The position numbers and the translations under genes were made by a program. A DNA stretch of 64,000 nt from the NCBI GenBank assembly GCA_036279855.1, contig DASUIH010000049.1, positions 11,517-75,516 of the forward strand, written 5' to 3'. Shown here in pieces: positions 39,586 to 49,979 of the stretch. The stretch comes from Solirubrobacteraceae bacterium (GTDB lineage Bacteria; Actinomycetota; Thermoleophilia; Solirubrobacterales; Solirubrobacteraceae). A model generated the notes under the pieces. The model had not been told where the DNA came from and did no database searches. It was given only the letters and a program-made list of their open reading frames with translations. Positions within the stretch are counted from its first letter, which is position 1; every line of letters starts with the position of its first letter.

Positions 39586-41511
39586 ATGGCACGTCTAACA
39601 GAGCATGGCCTGCGCCGATCGGTCGGCGTGCCGGGGCTGTTCGCAACCGCGTACGGCAACGTCGGCTCCTCGATCTACTACGCGCTCGGGCTCGTCGCCG
39701 CGCACGCGCTCGGGCTCACCCCGCTGGTTTTCGTGTTCGCCGGCGGCCTGTTCGCGCTGACCGCCAAGACGTACGCCGAGGGCGCTTCGATGTACCCCGA
39801 AGCGGGGGGGTCATCGTCGTTCGCACGCCACGCCTTCAACGAGCTCGTCTCCTTTTTTGCGGGCTGGGCGCTGAGCCTCGACTACATCCTCACGATCGCG
39901 ATCTCGGCTTTCTTTGTGCCGCACTATCTGAGCGCCTTCCCGGGCCTGAGCGGCCTCAACCACAACCCCGGCGACATCTTCGGTGGGTTGGTAGTGGTGG
40001 CGGCGCTAGCGGCCCTGAACATCAGGGGCCTGGGCGAGTCGGCCAAGCTCAACTTCATCCTCGCCGTCGTCGACCTCTCGACGCAGGTTCTATTGGTAGC
40101 TATTGGCGCCTTCCTGGTGCTCAACCCGTCGCTGCTGATCCACCAGGTGCACCTCGGCGTCGCGCCCAGCTGGCACGAACTGATCTTCGCGCTCTCGCTT
40201 GCCATGCTCGCCTATACCGGCATCGAGACGGTCTCAAACATGGCCGAGGAGGCGCGCGACCCGGGCAGGCAGGTGCCCAAGGCCGTCAATCTGGTCGTGC
40301 TCGCGGTGCTTGGCGTGTACTTGGGCATCTCGCTGGTGGCGCTCTCAGCGCTGCCCGTAACGCACGTTCCCGGCCATCCGCACCAGTACCAGACGTTGCT
40401 AGGGGTGGAAGGCAGCGGCGGCTTCCAAAACGATCCCGTGCTGGGCATCGTCTCGCGGCTGGGGTTGCACGGCGCGGTCCTGCACATATCCCAGTATTAC
40501 GTGGGCATTCTCGCGGCGACGATCCTGTTCATCGCCACCAACGCCGGCATGATCGGCATCTCGCGGCTGTCGTGGTCGTTGGCCGAGCATCGACAGCTGC
40601 CGGGAATCTTCTCGCAGCTACACCCACGCTTTCGCACTCCCTGGTTCACGATCCTGTTCTTCTCGGGGCTCGCCGGGCTGCTGGTGCTTTACGGCAATAC
40701 CAACGTGCTCGGCAACCTCTACTCGTTTGGCGCGTTGCTGTCGTTCACGGTGGCGCACATCGCCGTGCTGGCGCTGCGCGTCCGCCAGCCCGATCGCGAG
40801 CGGCCATACCGGTTGCCGTGGAACGTCCGCGTTCGCGGCTATCAGATCCCGCTGACCGCGGTGATCGGCGCGATCGGCACGTTCACCGTGTGGGTGGTTG
40901 TGGTCATTACACACCAGGAGGCACGCACCGTCGGCATCCCCTGGATGGTGCTCGGCATGTGCGGCTACGTCTACTATCGCCGCCGCCAGGGCCTCGACCT
41001 GTTCAGCACGCACCGGCTGCCCAAACCGGAGCGGCCCGCGGACTTTCAGGCGCTTGGCTACAAGACCGCGCTGGTGCCGATCTTTGGCGGCGATGTGTCC
41101 GCCAGCGCGCTCACCAGCGCGGCCAAGCTGATCGGCGAAGAAGGGATTGTGTACGCGGTGTTCGTGCTGCCGGTGCCCAGCCAGCTGTCGTTGGAGTCAG
41201 GCCTTGAGAGCGAGGAGGCCGAAGGGCGCGCGGTGCTTGAGAGCGCGCGCATCAAGGCGCGCCGCTCGAACATCAAGATCCGCACGGGACTGATCCGCAC
41301 CCGCAACCCCGGCGCCGCCCTGGTTGAGGAGGCCCACCGTGTCGGGGCCGATGTGATCTATTGGTCGACGATCCACGCGCCGGTCGGCGAGCAGCGGATC
41401 GGGCCGACGGCCGCCTATCTGCTTGCCAAGCGGCCCTGCCGGGTGATCATCGAGACGGAGAATCGCCCGCGTGGGAGGTCGACGCCCGAGCGGGCGCCAT
41501 TGCCGGCTTAG
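39586..41511 (+). CDS. APC-family permease with C-terminal universal-stress-protein-like domain
   Basis: GNVGSSIYY, GGSSSF, YTGIE, about 12 TMs; C-terminal ALVP..RNPGAALVEEA..ADVI..IG.TA.YLLAKRPCRVII. Confidence 0.88.
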   Translation: MARLTEHGLRRSVGVPGLFATAYGNVGSSIYYALGLVAAHALGLTPLVFVFAGGLFALTAKTYAEGASMYPEAGGSSSFARHAFNELVSFFAGWALSLDYILTIAISAFFVPHYLSAFPGLSGLNHNPGDIFGGLVVVAALAALNIRGLGESAKLNFILAVVDLSTQVLLVAIGAFLVLNPSLLIHQVHLGVAPSWHELIFALSLAMLAYTGIETVSNMAEEARDPGRQVPKAVNLVVLAVLGVYLGISLVALSALPVTHVPGHPHQYQTLLGVEGSGGFQNDPVLGIVSRLGLHGAVLHISQYYVGILAATILFIATNAGMIGISRLSWSLAEHRQLPGIFSQLHPRFRTPWFTILFFSGLAGLLVLYGNTNVLGNLYSFGALLSFTVAHIAVLALRVRQPDRERPYRLPWNVRVRGYQIPLTAVIGAIGTFTVWVVVVITHQEARTVGIPWMVLGMCGYVYYRRRQGLDLFSTHRLPKPERPADFQALGYKTALVPIFGGDVSASALTSAAKLIGEEGIVYAVFVLPVPSQLSLESGLESEEAEGRAVLESARIKARRSNIKIRTGLIRTRNPGAALVEEAHRVGADVIYWSTIHAPVGEQRIGPTAAYLLAKRPCRVIIETENRPRGRSTPERAPLPA

Positions 41512-41518
41512 AAGGGCG

Positions 41519-43249
41519 CTAGGAGAGTCCGAGCACGGCCTTGTAACGGCTGACGCTGCCCTGGCTGCTCGCGCCCGCCGTCAACGTCCCGAGCGATTTC
41601 AGATAGGGCACTAGGTTCGACACGCCCGGGCTCTGGGTGAGGCCGACGCCTTCCAGGAAGCCGAGCAGCGTCGGGAATTCCACGATCAAGCTGGGTTCGA
41701 GGCCGCCGCCAAGTGTCGCGGCGGCGCTTGAGTAGGCGGCGGACGTGGACAGCGTTGCCGAGGGGGAAAGCGCTCCTTCAACCGACTGCTGCCCGAGCCC
41801 GAGCACGAACTTGCCGGCGCCGTCGGCGATGAAGATCACGGCGGGGAAGCCCTGCAGCTTGACGCTCTTGGCGGCATCGGTGCCGGGAATCGATGCGTTG
41901 GCGACCACGGCGCCCGCTGCGTGCATCAGGCCCGCCAGCTTCGCCACGGCCGCCTGTGAGGCGGCCGGGTTCTTGGATGCGATCACCAGTGCTGCTTGCA
42001 GGTTGAACAGGCTGCTGCCGCTGACGAACATCGCGCCGGGACCGGCCCACGAGCCAAACGTCTGCTGCAGGTGCGCGCCTGGCGCCGACAGCGTTTTGAA
42101 CACGCGTTCGATGCTTGGGCCGCCGAAGTTGGCAAAGACGGTCGAGCTGCCGAGCGAGGCAACGCCCTGCAGCAACCCAAGCGCGCGGGGCAGGTTGGCG
42201 CCCGTGTCGCCGACGCCGGCCGCCAGCCAGGCGCTCGCCGGCAGCTCGCCGAGCGCCTGTGCGCCTTCGCTCCCGAACAGAGGCTTGGTCGTGCCGGTGG
42301 TGTGGGCTTCGCCCTGCAGCGAGATCGCGCTGCCGGTCCCCGTCACTGTCAACGATGCCGACTGAACGCCGTGCAGGAACTGGCTCGCCAGCGAGGAGAA
42401 CTGCGCGCCGGTGGCGCCGCTGCCGGCGCCAGTTGCGCCGAGGAGCGCTTCGGGCTTGGCATAGATGCTTGCGATCGTGTCGCTTGAAGGCTTGACGTAG
42501 CCGCTGGCGTTGGCGTAGGAAGGACCGCCGAGCGAAGTGTCGATGACGGCGTGCAACGAGGCTTCGCTGCCGATCACCGCGAAGTCCTTGACCATTCCCT
42601 CAGCTAGGCCACTGGGCGCGACGTGGAAGGAGATGCCGCGATAGCGGTCTGAGTGCGCCCCCAGCGCGGCGGCCTGCTTGCTGAGGAACGAGTTGGCGGC
42701 GCCGGCGTCGGAGGTCGAGAGCACGATCGCTCCCTGTGTGCCCTGAGCGCTGAGCGCGCCGATGTCAAGCACCGAAGAGAGGCCGCTCAGGCCGCCCTGC
42801 AGCAGCGACTGCAGCGAGCCTGCGCTCTGCGTGAGCTTGCCGGCGTTCAGGGAAGTCAGGAAGATCGCGGCGCGTTCCCCAATCCAGGGGGAGAGGTCGC
42901 GCTTGTATTCGAGCTTGGCGCCAGGGCTCGCCAGCAGCGTCTGCGCGAGGCTTGCGTACGGTTCGGCCAGATGCGTGAGCTTGCTCGCGGCGACAGCGGC
43001 GGCGGCGCGGGAGCCGCCGGCCGGCTTGAGCGCGACGTTCGCGACCAGCGGCGCCGAAGCCGGAGTCAGTCCGGCCGGGTCGGCGCTGCCGGAGCCGGAG
43101 GAGCCGCCACAGCCGGCGGCGCCGGCGGCGATCGCCAGTAGGGCGGGGGCGGCGGCGCATACGCGCCGCCAGCGGCGAGCGGGGTGATTGCTGGGCAAAG
43201 GGTCCTCTCCTTGCGCGGTGCCGGTGTGGCGATCGCAGTCTCGCAACAA
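41519..43249 (-). CDS. DUF3352-like lipoprotein
   Basis: Lipobox AAGC, PW.GERAAI, beta-rich repeats; start uncertain. Confidence 0.65.
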   Translation of the reverse strand: MLRDCDRHTGTAQGEDPLPSNHPARRWRRVCAAAPALLAIAAGAAGCGGSSGSGSADPAGLTPASAPLVANVALKPAGGSRAAAAVAASKLTHLAEPYASLAQTLLASPGAKLEYKRDLSPWIGERAAIFLTSLNAGKLTQSAGSLQSLLQGGLSGLSSVLDIGALSAQGTQGAIVLSTSDAGAANSFLSKQAAALGAHSDRYRGISFHVAPSGLAEGMVKDFAVIGSEASLHAVIDTSLGGPSYANASGYVKPSSDTIASIYAKPEALLGATGAGSGATGAQFSSLASQFLHGVQSASLTVTGTGSAISLQGEAHTTGTTKPLFGSEGAQALGELPASAWLAAGVGDTGANLPRALGLLQGVASLGSSTVFANFGGPSIERVFKTLSAPGAHLQQTFGSWAGPGAMFVSGSSLFNLQAALVIASKNPAASQAAVAKLAGLMHAAGAVVANASIPGTDAAKSVKLQGFPAVIFIADGAGKFVLGLGQQSVEGALSPSATLSTSAAYSSAAATLGGGLEPSLIVEFPTLLGFLEGVGLTQSPGVSNLVPYLKSLGTLTAGASSQGSVSRYKAVLGLS

Positions 43250-43378
43250 ACGTTACAGCGACAGGCTTTGCATGGCGCCGTGCAAATTTGAGCCAGGCGG
43301 CGGGAGATTGCCTCCCACCGCCGAAAACAGCCTTTTAGCAGGCATTTCTATTGCGATTGCGCACGTTTGGAGGCCTGG

Positions 43379-43453
43379 GTGGGAGAAAATGTGCAATTCG
43401 ACTTGCGTTGTGGGGGAAAGTGGGGTAAGTTCGCGGCAGTGAGCCGTGGTGGA
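43379..43453 (+). promoter_or_regulatory. MraZ-binding direct repeats (GTGGG-type boxes)
   Basis: GTGGG at 43379, 43410, 43420; GTGAG 43439; GTGGA 43449; about 10-bp spacing upstream of mraZ. Confidence 0.8.
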
Positions 43454-43509
43454 GGAGTTCCTCCCACCCCTCCACTGCGGCTCTCAACCACTTCGACCCG
43501 GCTTCCAAA

Positions 43510-43950
43510 GTGGCTTTCCGCGGCACCTTCGACCACACTCTCGACGCCAAGAATCGGCTCACCGTCCCGGCCCGCTACCGGGCCGCGTTGTCAGAGGGGG
43601 TTGTGCTGGCGATGCCGGTGGACCTGAAGCCCTACGTCGGCGTCTGGCGCCCGCAGGACTACGAGCACTACACCGAGCGCTCGCTGGCCGAGCTGCCGCC
43701 GCTGTCGGCGCGACTGACCGAGCTGGAGCGCTTCTTCTATGGCAGCTCGCAGGACGCCGACCTGGATGCCGCCGGCCGGATCATGGTGCCGGGCTTCCTT
43801 GGCGAGCACGCCGGCCTGGGCAAAGACGTCGTTGTCGTCGGCGCCGGCGAGCGCATGGAGCTATGGGATCGCAATGCCTGGCAAGAGCATCGACCGGCGC
43901 TGCTCGGCAGCGTCGCCGAAATTACCGCGCGAGTTGACCATCCTGCTTGA
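43510..43950 (+). CDS. mraZ: Division/cell wall cluster transcriptional repressor MraZ
   Basis: FRGTFDHTLDAKNRL.VP and DAAGRI duplicated DxxxR motifs. Confidence 0.96.
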   Translation: MAFRGTFDHTLDAKNRLTVPARYRAALSEGVVLAMPVDLKPYVGVWRPQDYEHYTERSLAELPPLSARLTELERFFYGSSQDADLDAAGRIMVPGFLGEHAGLGKDVVVVGAGERMELWDRNAWQEHRPALLGSVAEITARVDHPA

Positions 43951-43951
43951 C

Positions 43952-44917
43952 ATGGCCACGACGCACACCCCGGTGCTCGCGGACGAGCTGCTTGGGCTGA
44001 TCGACCCTCAGCCCGGCCAGCTGGTCGTCGACTGCACTTTCGGCGGCGGTGGACACGCGCGCATGGTCGCCGAGCAACTCGGCCCAACCGGCACGCTGGT
44101 CGCGATCGACCGTGATCCATTGGCCGAGGAGCGCTTCCTGGAGCTTGCCGAGCAGGTGTCCTGCTCGATGCGCTTCCTACGCGGGGGCTACGCCGAGGGG
44201 CTAGAGCTGCTTGGTTGTGAGCGAGCTCGCGCCGACGCGGTCTATTTCGACTTGGGGATGTCCTCGATGCAGGTGGACACGCGCGAGCGTGGCTTCTCTT
44301 ACTCCTACGACGCGCCGCTTGACATGCGCATGGACCCCGAGCAAGAGCTGAGCGCGCGGGAGATAGTCGGCAGCTGGGACGAGCGCCGCCTGGCGGCGAT
44401 CCTGCGCGGGCTGGGCGAGGAGCGCTATGCCACGCAGATCGCGCGCGCGATCGTCAGGCGCCGGGTGCTGAGCCCGATTGACACGACGCTTGAGCTGGTG
44501 GACGTGATCGTCTCGGCGATCCCCGCGCCGGCTCGCTTTGCCGGCGGCCATCCAGCCAAGCGCAGCTTCCAAGCGCTGCGGATCGCGGTCAACGACGAGC
44601 TGGGCCAGCTCGACGCGGCACTGCCACTGGCCTGGCAGCTGTTGCGCGACGGTGGCACGCTGGCCGGGATCTCTTTCCACTCGCTGGAGGACAGGCGCGT
44701 AAAGCGCTTCTTGGCCGACCGCGCGAGGGGCTGCGTCTGCCCACCTGACCTACCGGTGTGCGCTTGTGGCCACCAGCCCGAGGCAAGCCTCGTCACACGC
44801 GGCGGGATCGTGCCGTCGGCAACCGAGACGGACCGCAACCCGCGTTCCGCCTCGGCGCGCCTGCGGGCCGCGGTCAAGCTGAAAACCAGTCCAGCAGATC
44901 AAGGAGGCAGGCGATGA
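43952..44917 (+). CDS. rsmH: 16S rRNA m4C1402 methyltransferase
   Basis: HTPVL, DCTFGGGGH, DLGMSSMQ, LDMRMD, ISFHSLEDR. Confidence 0.97.
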   Translation: MATTHTPVLADELLGLIDPQPGQLVVDCTFGGGGHARMVAEQLGPTGTLVAIDRDPLAEERFLELAEQVSCSMRFLRGGYAEGLELLGCERARADAVYFDLGMSSMQVDTRERGFSYSYDAPLDMRMDPEQELSAREIVGSWDERRLAAILRGLGEERYATQIARAIVRRRVLSPIDTTLELVDVIVSAIPAPARFAGGHPAKRSFQALRIAVNDELGQLDAALPLAWQLLRDGGTLAGISFHSLEDRRVKRFLADRARGCVCPPDLPVCACGHQPEASLVTRGGIVPSATETDRNPRSASARLRAAVKLKTSPADQGGRR

Positions 44918-45717
44918 CACCACCCGCTGCCGCCGTCGCCGAGCCGCTGCCACGGCGACGACACTCGACCAAGCGCACACCGGTGCGCCATCCACGCCGT
45001 GTGTCCGGTCCGGCCGCGCCCGCACGCACGTCGCAGCCGCGGCACAGCCGTCAGACATCCCGAGCGGCAAGCGAGACGCAGGCGCGCGGACTGGCGCTGC
45101 TGGGACTGGACGCTTATCGCCGCGTCGCCGACAGCGCGCTGCTTGACCGGCTCGTGCGCGGGCGGCTGTGGATCGGGCTGCTTGCCTTTGGCCTGATCGG
45201 GATAGTCGCGATGCAACTGATGGTGCTCAAGCTCAATACCGGCATCGGCGCGACGCTCGGGCGGGCTGCCGACCTGCAGCGCGCCAACGCCCAGTTGCGA
45301 ATCGAAGCGGCGAGCGGATCCGGCGAAGGACGGATCGAGCCGTTGGCCGCGGCCACTGGAATGACATTCGCGACATCGGGGAGCGTGCATTTCGTCTCCT
45401 CCAGCCCCGTTGCCGACACAGCTCGCGCCGCACAAGTGCTCTCGCAGCCGATCCAGCCGCACGAAAGCGTCGCCACCACCAGCGTGCAAGCAAGCGTGGG
45501 GACGAGCGAAAGCGAAGCGAGCACCGCAGCGGCATCGAGCGCCACAGGCGAAGCCGGCGCGGCCGAACCGCTCTCCCAATCGAGCGAAGCGAGCTCGGCC
45601 GGCTCCGCTGAAAGTGGTGCTACGGCCGAAAGTCCCAGCAGCGAAGCTGCGCCGGCGACTACCAGCGAACCGGAAGCGTCGGCCTCAGCGGCCGGCGGTG
45701 TGGCGGCCGGTCACTGA
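44914..45717 (+). CDS. FtsL-like cell division protein with low-complexity tail
   Basis: Position between rsmH and ftsI; basic N-terminus, one TM, coiled coil, GRIE..A..GM; Ser/Ala/Glu tail. Confidence 0.7.
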   Translation: MTPPAAAVAEPLPRRRHSTKRTPVRHPRRVSGPAAPARTSQPRHSRQTSRAASETQARGLALLGLDAYRRVADSALLDRLVRGRLWIGLLAFGLIGIVAMQLMVLKLNTGIGATLGRAADLQRANAQLRIEAASGSGEGRIEPLAAATGMTFATSGSVHFVSSSPVADTARAAQVLSQPIQPHESVATTSVQASVGTSESEASTAAASSATGEAGAAEPLSQSSEASSAGSAESGATAESPSSEAAPATTSEPEASASAAGGVAAGH

Positions 45718-45720
45718 CCT

Positions 45721-47385
45721 ATGGCGACCATTCAGCACCGTGTGGGACAGCTGTTCGCCCTTTTCGTTCTGTTGCTGCTCTTGGCCGCCGCCCGTACCCT
45801 GTATCTGGGTGGACCGCACAGCGGCGCGCTGCGCCGTGCCGCCCAAACGCAGCAGCTGACCGACGAAACCGTGCCGGCCCAGCGCGGCACGATCACCGAT
45901 CGCAACGGGATCGCGCTCGCCATCTCCGAGCCGGCTGAGCAACTGAGCGCCGATCCATACCTGGTCAAATCGCCGCTGCGGGCCTCGCAGCGGCTGGCGC
46001 CGCTGTTGGGACTGACGCAGGCGCAGGTGCTGGCCAAGCTCAGCGAGAACAGCGGCTTCGTCTACCTTGCGCACGCGCTGCCCTACAACCAAGCCAAGCA
46101 GGTGCTGGCGCTGCGCATCCCCGGTGTGCAGGGCGTGCCGACGATGCGACGCGTCTATCCGCGCGGTTCGCTGGCCGGGCAGGTGCTCGGCTTCGTCGGC
46201 GGGGAAGAAGGCGTCGGTCGGATGGGGCTTGAGTACGCACTGAACTCGCAACTGGCGGGTCGAGCCGGCAAGCGCCAAGTCGTCAGCGACGCGATCGGCC
46301 AGCCCGTCTCGATCGCCGAATCGCGGCCCGAGCGACCCGGGCGCTCGCTGACGCTGACGCTCGACGCCAACATCCAGCAGCGCGCCGAAGACGTGCTGGC
46401 GGCGGTGGGTAGCGACTTTCACCCCAAGGACGCGACCGCGATCGTGATGCAGCCGCGTACCGGCGCGATCCTGGCTATGGCCAACTGGCCTGCCGCCAAT
46501 CCCAACGAACCGGGCGCCAATGCCGTCGAAGCGTTCCAGGACCGCGCCGTCAGCTTCAACTACGAACCGGGCTCGACCTTCAAGTCGGTCGTCGTCTCCG
46601 GCGCGCTGCAGGAAGGGCGCATCACTCCCGGCAGCGGCTTTGAAATACCCGACCAGATCGAATTGGGTGGTCGCACGATCCACGACGACACCGAACACGC
46701 CACCGAGTCGCTGACGACTTCGCAGATCCTGGCGCAGTCCAGCAATGTCGGCGCGATCAAGATCGGGCAGATCGAGGGTCCGTACCGCTTCAACGAATGG
46801 GTGCACCGCTTCGGCTTCGGCTTGCGCACGGATGTCGACCTGCCGAGCGAGGAAAGCGGAGCGACGCTGCCGCTGTCGCGCTATTCAGGCTCGTCGATGG
46901 GCAACCTGCCGATCGGGCAGGGGGAGCTGGTCACACCGATCCAGATGGCCACTGCCTACTCGGCGATCGCCAACGGCGGCGTGCTGCCGCGACCGCACAT
47001 AGTCCAGGCAATCGGTGGACAACCGGTTCGCCGGGCCCCCGGTCGGCGGGTCGTCTCGGCGACGACCGCCTCCGAGCTGCGCGAAATGCTCAAGGGAGTG
47101 CTGGCCGCCGGTGGCACCGCGAGCGAGGTCTCGGTGCCCGGGTACACGTTGGCCGGCAAGACCGGCACTGCCAGCAAGATCGATCCGAAGACCGGCGAAT
47201 ACTCCAAATCCGCCTACGTGGCCTCCTTCGTCGGCTTTGCGCCCGCGTCCGACCCGAAGCTGCTGGCCGCCGTGATCGTCGACGAACCGCAAGACCTGTC
47301 GATCTACGGCGGCGTGGCTGCCGCGCCCGCGTTCGGGCAGATCATGGAATTCGCGCTGCCGTACCTGGGCATCTCGCCGCGCTAG
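45721..47385 (+). CDS. ftsI: Class B penicillin-binding protein (FtsI)
   Basis: RGTITDRNG, EPGSTFK (SxxK), SSNVG (SxN), GKTGTA. Confidence 0.95.
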   Translation: MATIQHRVGQLFALFVLLLLLAAARTLYLGGPHSGALRRAAQTQQLTDETVPAQRGTITDRNGIALAISEPAEQLSADPYLVKSPLRASQRLAPLLGLTQAQVLAKLSENSGFVYLAHALPYNQAKQVLALRIPGVQGVPTMRRVYPRGSLAGQVLGFVGGEEGVGRMGLEYALNSQLAGRAGKRQVVSDAIGQPVSIAESRPERPGRSLTLTLDANIQQRAEDVLAAVGSDFHPKDATAIVMQPRTGAILAMANWPAANPNEPGANAVEAFQDRAVSFNYEPGSTFKSVVVSGALQEGRITPGSGFEIPDQIELGGRTIHDDTEHATESLTTSQILAQSSNVGAIKIGQIEGPYRFNEWVHRFGFGLRTDVDLPSEESGATLPLSRYSGSSMGNLPIGQGELVTPIQMATAYSAIANGGVLPRPHIVQAIGGQPVRRAPGRRVVSATTASELREMLKGVLAAGGTASEVSVPGYTLAGKTGTASKIDPKTGEYSKSAYVASFVGFAPASDPKLLAAVIVDEPQDLSIYGGVAAAPAFGQIMEFALPYLGISPR

Positions 47386-47445
47386 CGAGGCCCGTCGCGG
47401 CCTGGCCGTAGACTCACGGGCCTTGCCACCGCGGGGCCACAAGCG

Positions 47446-49014
47446 ATGAGACTGGCTGAGCTGACGGGCGCGGACGTACCGGGCCTGCTGGGCGTATCGC
47501 CGGGGTGCGAGGACGTCGAGATTGCCCAACTGGCCTACGACAGCCGCGCTGTCGCTCCGCGGGCGCTGTTCTTCTGCGTGCCGGGCCACGAGCGCGACGG
47601 CCACGAGTTCGCGGTGGCCGCCGTGGCGAGCGGAGCGGCGGCGCTGGTGCTGGAGCGCTCGCTTGGGTTGGGAGTGCCGGAGCTTTTGGTTGAGTCGGTG
47701 CGCGACGCGATGGGCCCGATCGCCGTCCGCTTCTATGACGATCCGACGTCGCGGTTGCAGGTGTTGGGGGTGACCGGCACCAACGGCAAGACGACAAGCG
47801 CGCATCTGCTGCGCCACTTGATCGAAGCGCAGGGCGAGCGTTGTGGCCTGCTTGGCACCGTGCGCACAGTGATAGCCGGTAGCGAGCGCGATGCCGATTG
47901 GGGCTCGATTCCCCATTCGAGGCACGCGGCGGGAGCGCCAATCGGCCAACGCACGACACCGGAGGCGATCGATCTGCAGCGCGATTTTCGCGCGATGCTC
48001 GACGGCGGCGATGCCTATTGCGCGATGGAGGTCTCCTCGCACGCGCTGTCGCTGCAACGCACGCGCGGCACGCGCTTTGCCGCAGCGATCTTCACGAACT
48101 TGACCCAGGACCATCTGGATTTCCACGCGACGATGGAGGACTACTTCCAGGCCAAGCGGCAGCTGTTCCTACCGGTCGATGGGTTGCCGGCCCCGGCCGT
48201 CAGCGTCGTCAACGTGGACGATCCCTACGGCCGCCGGCTGGTCGGTGAGCTCGACCGCGCCGTCACCTTTGCAATCGACGGCGACGCCGACTATCGCGCG
48301 CACCATCTGCGAACAGATCTGTCCGGCTCGCGCTTCCGCCTGAGCACGCCGGACGGCGAGCGCAGCATCAGCCTGCCGCTGGCCGGCCGCTACAACGTCG
48401 CCAACGCGCTCGCTGCGCTGGCTGCCTGCCACGCGCTCGGGGGGCAGCTGGATGTGCTGGTCGCGGGCCTCGAAAGCGGGGTGCGCGTGCCGGGTCGTCT
48501 GGAGCCGGTCGAGGAGGGGCAGGGGTTTGCCGTGCTGGTCGATTACGCGCACACGCCGGATTCGCTTGAGAACGTGCTCAGCGCGGCCCATGGGCTCGGC
48601 GACGGGCGTGTGATCTGCGTGTTCGGCGCCGGTGGCGATCGCGATCGCGGCAAGCGGCCCCTGATGGGGGAGATCGGGGCGCGGCTGGCCGACGTGCTGG
48701 TGGTCACCTCGGACAATCCGCGCTCCGAGGACCCCGAGCAGATCCTGGCCGAAATCATGGCCGGCGCGCGCTCGGCCGAGCGGCCGGCACGGGCGCCTGC
48801 GGTCGAGGCGCAGGTCGACCGCCGCGCCGCGATCGAGCGCGCCGTCGACATCGCCCGTGACGGCGACGTGCTCGTGATCGCGGGCAAGGGGCACGAGCAG
48901 GGCCAGGAGCTGGCAGGTGGGATGAAGGTTCCCTTCGACGACGTCACGGTCGCGCGCGAAGCGCTGCGCTGCCGCCGCCAGACGAAGGCCGCGACGGGGG
49001 CGCGCGGCGGCTGA
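47446..49014 (+). CDS. murE: UDP-MurNAc-tripeptide synthetase
   Basis: GVTGTNGKTT, TTPE, MEVSSH, NLTQDHLD, DYAHTPD, DNPR, AGKGHE; DNPR suggests meso-DAP specificity. Confidence 0.96.
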   Translation: MRLAELTGADVPGLLGVSPGCEDVEIAQLAYDSRAVAPRALFFCVPGHERDGHEFAVAAVASGAAALVLERSLGLGVPELLVESVRDAMGPIAVRFYDDPTSRLQVLGVTGTNGKTTSAHLLRHLIEAQGERCGLLGTVRTVIAGSERDADWGSIPHSRHAAGAPIGQRTTPEAIDLQRDFRAMLDGGDAYCAMEVSSHALSLQRTRGTRFAAAIFTNLTQDHLDFHATMEDYFQAKRQLFLPVDGLPAPAVSVVNVDDPYGRRLVGELDRAVTFAIDGDADYRAHHLRTDLSGSRFRLSTPDGERSISLPLAGRYNVANALAALAACHALGGQLDVLVAGLESGVRVPGRLEPVEEGQGFAVLVDYAHTPDSLENVLSAAHGLGDGRVICVFGAGGDRDRGKRPLMGEIGARLADVLVVTSDNPRSEDPEQILAEIMAGARSAERPARAPAVEAQVDRRAAIERAVDIARDGDVLVIAGKGHEQGQELAGGMKVPFDDVTVAREALRCRRQTKAATGARGG

Positions 49015-49979
49015 TGGGCAGGGTCCTGATCGGCGGCACCGCTGCCCTGCTCATCTGCATATTCCTCTCGCCGAAGTTCATCGAGTTCCTGCGTAACCGC
49101 GAGTTTGGCCAGCACATCCGTGAGGACGGGCCGCAGGGCCACTTGCAAAAGGCCGGCACGCCGACGATGGGCGGCGTAATCGTCTTCCTGGCGGTGATGG
49201 TGCCCTATCTGATCCTCTCGGACTTCGAATGGCGCTCGGTCGGCGTTTTCGCGACCGCGATCGCCTGCACGCTGCTTGGCTTTGCCGACGACTACACCAA
49301 GCTCGTACGACGACGCTCTCTGGGGCTGCGCGGGCGCACCAAGCTGGCGGTGACGATCGCGATTTCGCTCGGACTGTGGTTTGTGGCCGCACACGAGGCG
49401 CACCTGGCCTCGACGCTGCGGCTGCGCTTTGTCGATTACCAGATCGATCTGGGAATCTTCTATCCGGTACTGATCTACCTGGTTGTGGCGGGCACGACCA
49501 ACGCCGTCAACCTCACTGACGGGCTGGACGGGCTCGCGGCCGGCTGTGGCGCGATCGTGCTGCTCGCCTACGTTGGCATCACCTTCATCGCCGAAGACTT
49601 CGACATGGCGATGCTGGCCGGCGCACTCGTCGGCGGCTGCATCGGCTTTCTCTGGTTCAACGCCTTTCCGGCGACGATCTTCATGGGGGACACCGGCTCG
49701 CTGGGCATCGGCGGCGCGATTGCCGGCCTGGCCGTGATGACCAAGACCGAGGTGCTGCTGATCCTGCTCGGCGGGATATTCGTGATCGAGGCTCTCTCGG
49801 TCGTAATCCAGGTCGTCTCATTTCAGACGACGCGCAAGCGCGTCTTTCTGATGGCGCCGATACACCACCATTTTGAGCTGCGCGCATGGTCTGAGACGAA
49901 GATCATCCTGCGCTTCTGGATCGTCGCCGCGATCTGCGCGGCGATCGGCTTTACGCTCTACCGCCAGAGCATCGGGTGA
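49014..49979 (+). CDS. mraY: Phospho-MurNAc-pentapeptide transferase
   Basis: KAGTPTMGG, GFADD, NAVNLTDGLDGL, FMGDTGS, MAPIHHHFE. Confidence 0.97.
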   Translation: MGRVLIGGTAALLICIFLSPKFIEFLRNREFGQHIREDGPQGHLQKAGTPTMGGVIVFLAVMVPYLILSDFEWRSVGVFATAIACTLLGFADDYTKLVRRRSLGLRGRTKLAVTIAISLGLWFVAAHEAHLASTLRLRFVDYQIDLGIFYPVLIYLVVAGTTNAVNLTDGLDGLAAGCGAIVLLAYVGITFIAEDFDMAMLAGALVGGCIGFLWFNAFPATIFMGDTGSLGIGGAIAGLAVMTKTEVLLILLGGIFVIEALSVVIQVVSFQTTRKRVFLMAPIHHHFELRAWSETKIILRFWIVAAICAAIGFTLYRQSIG

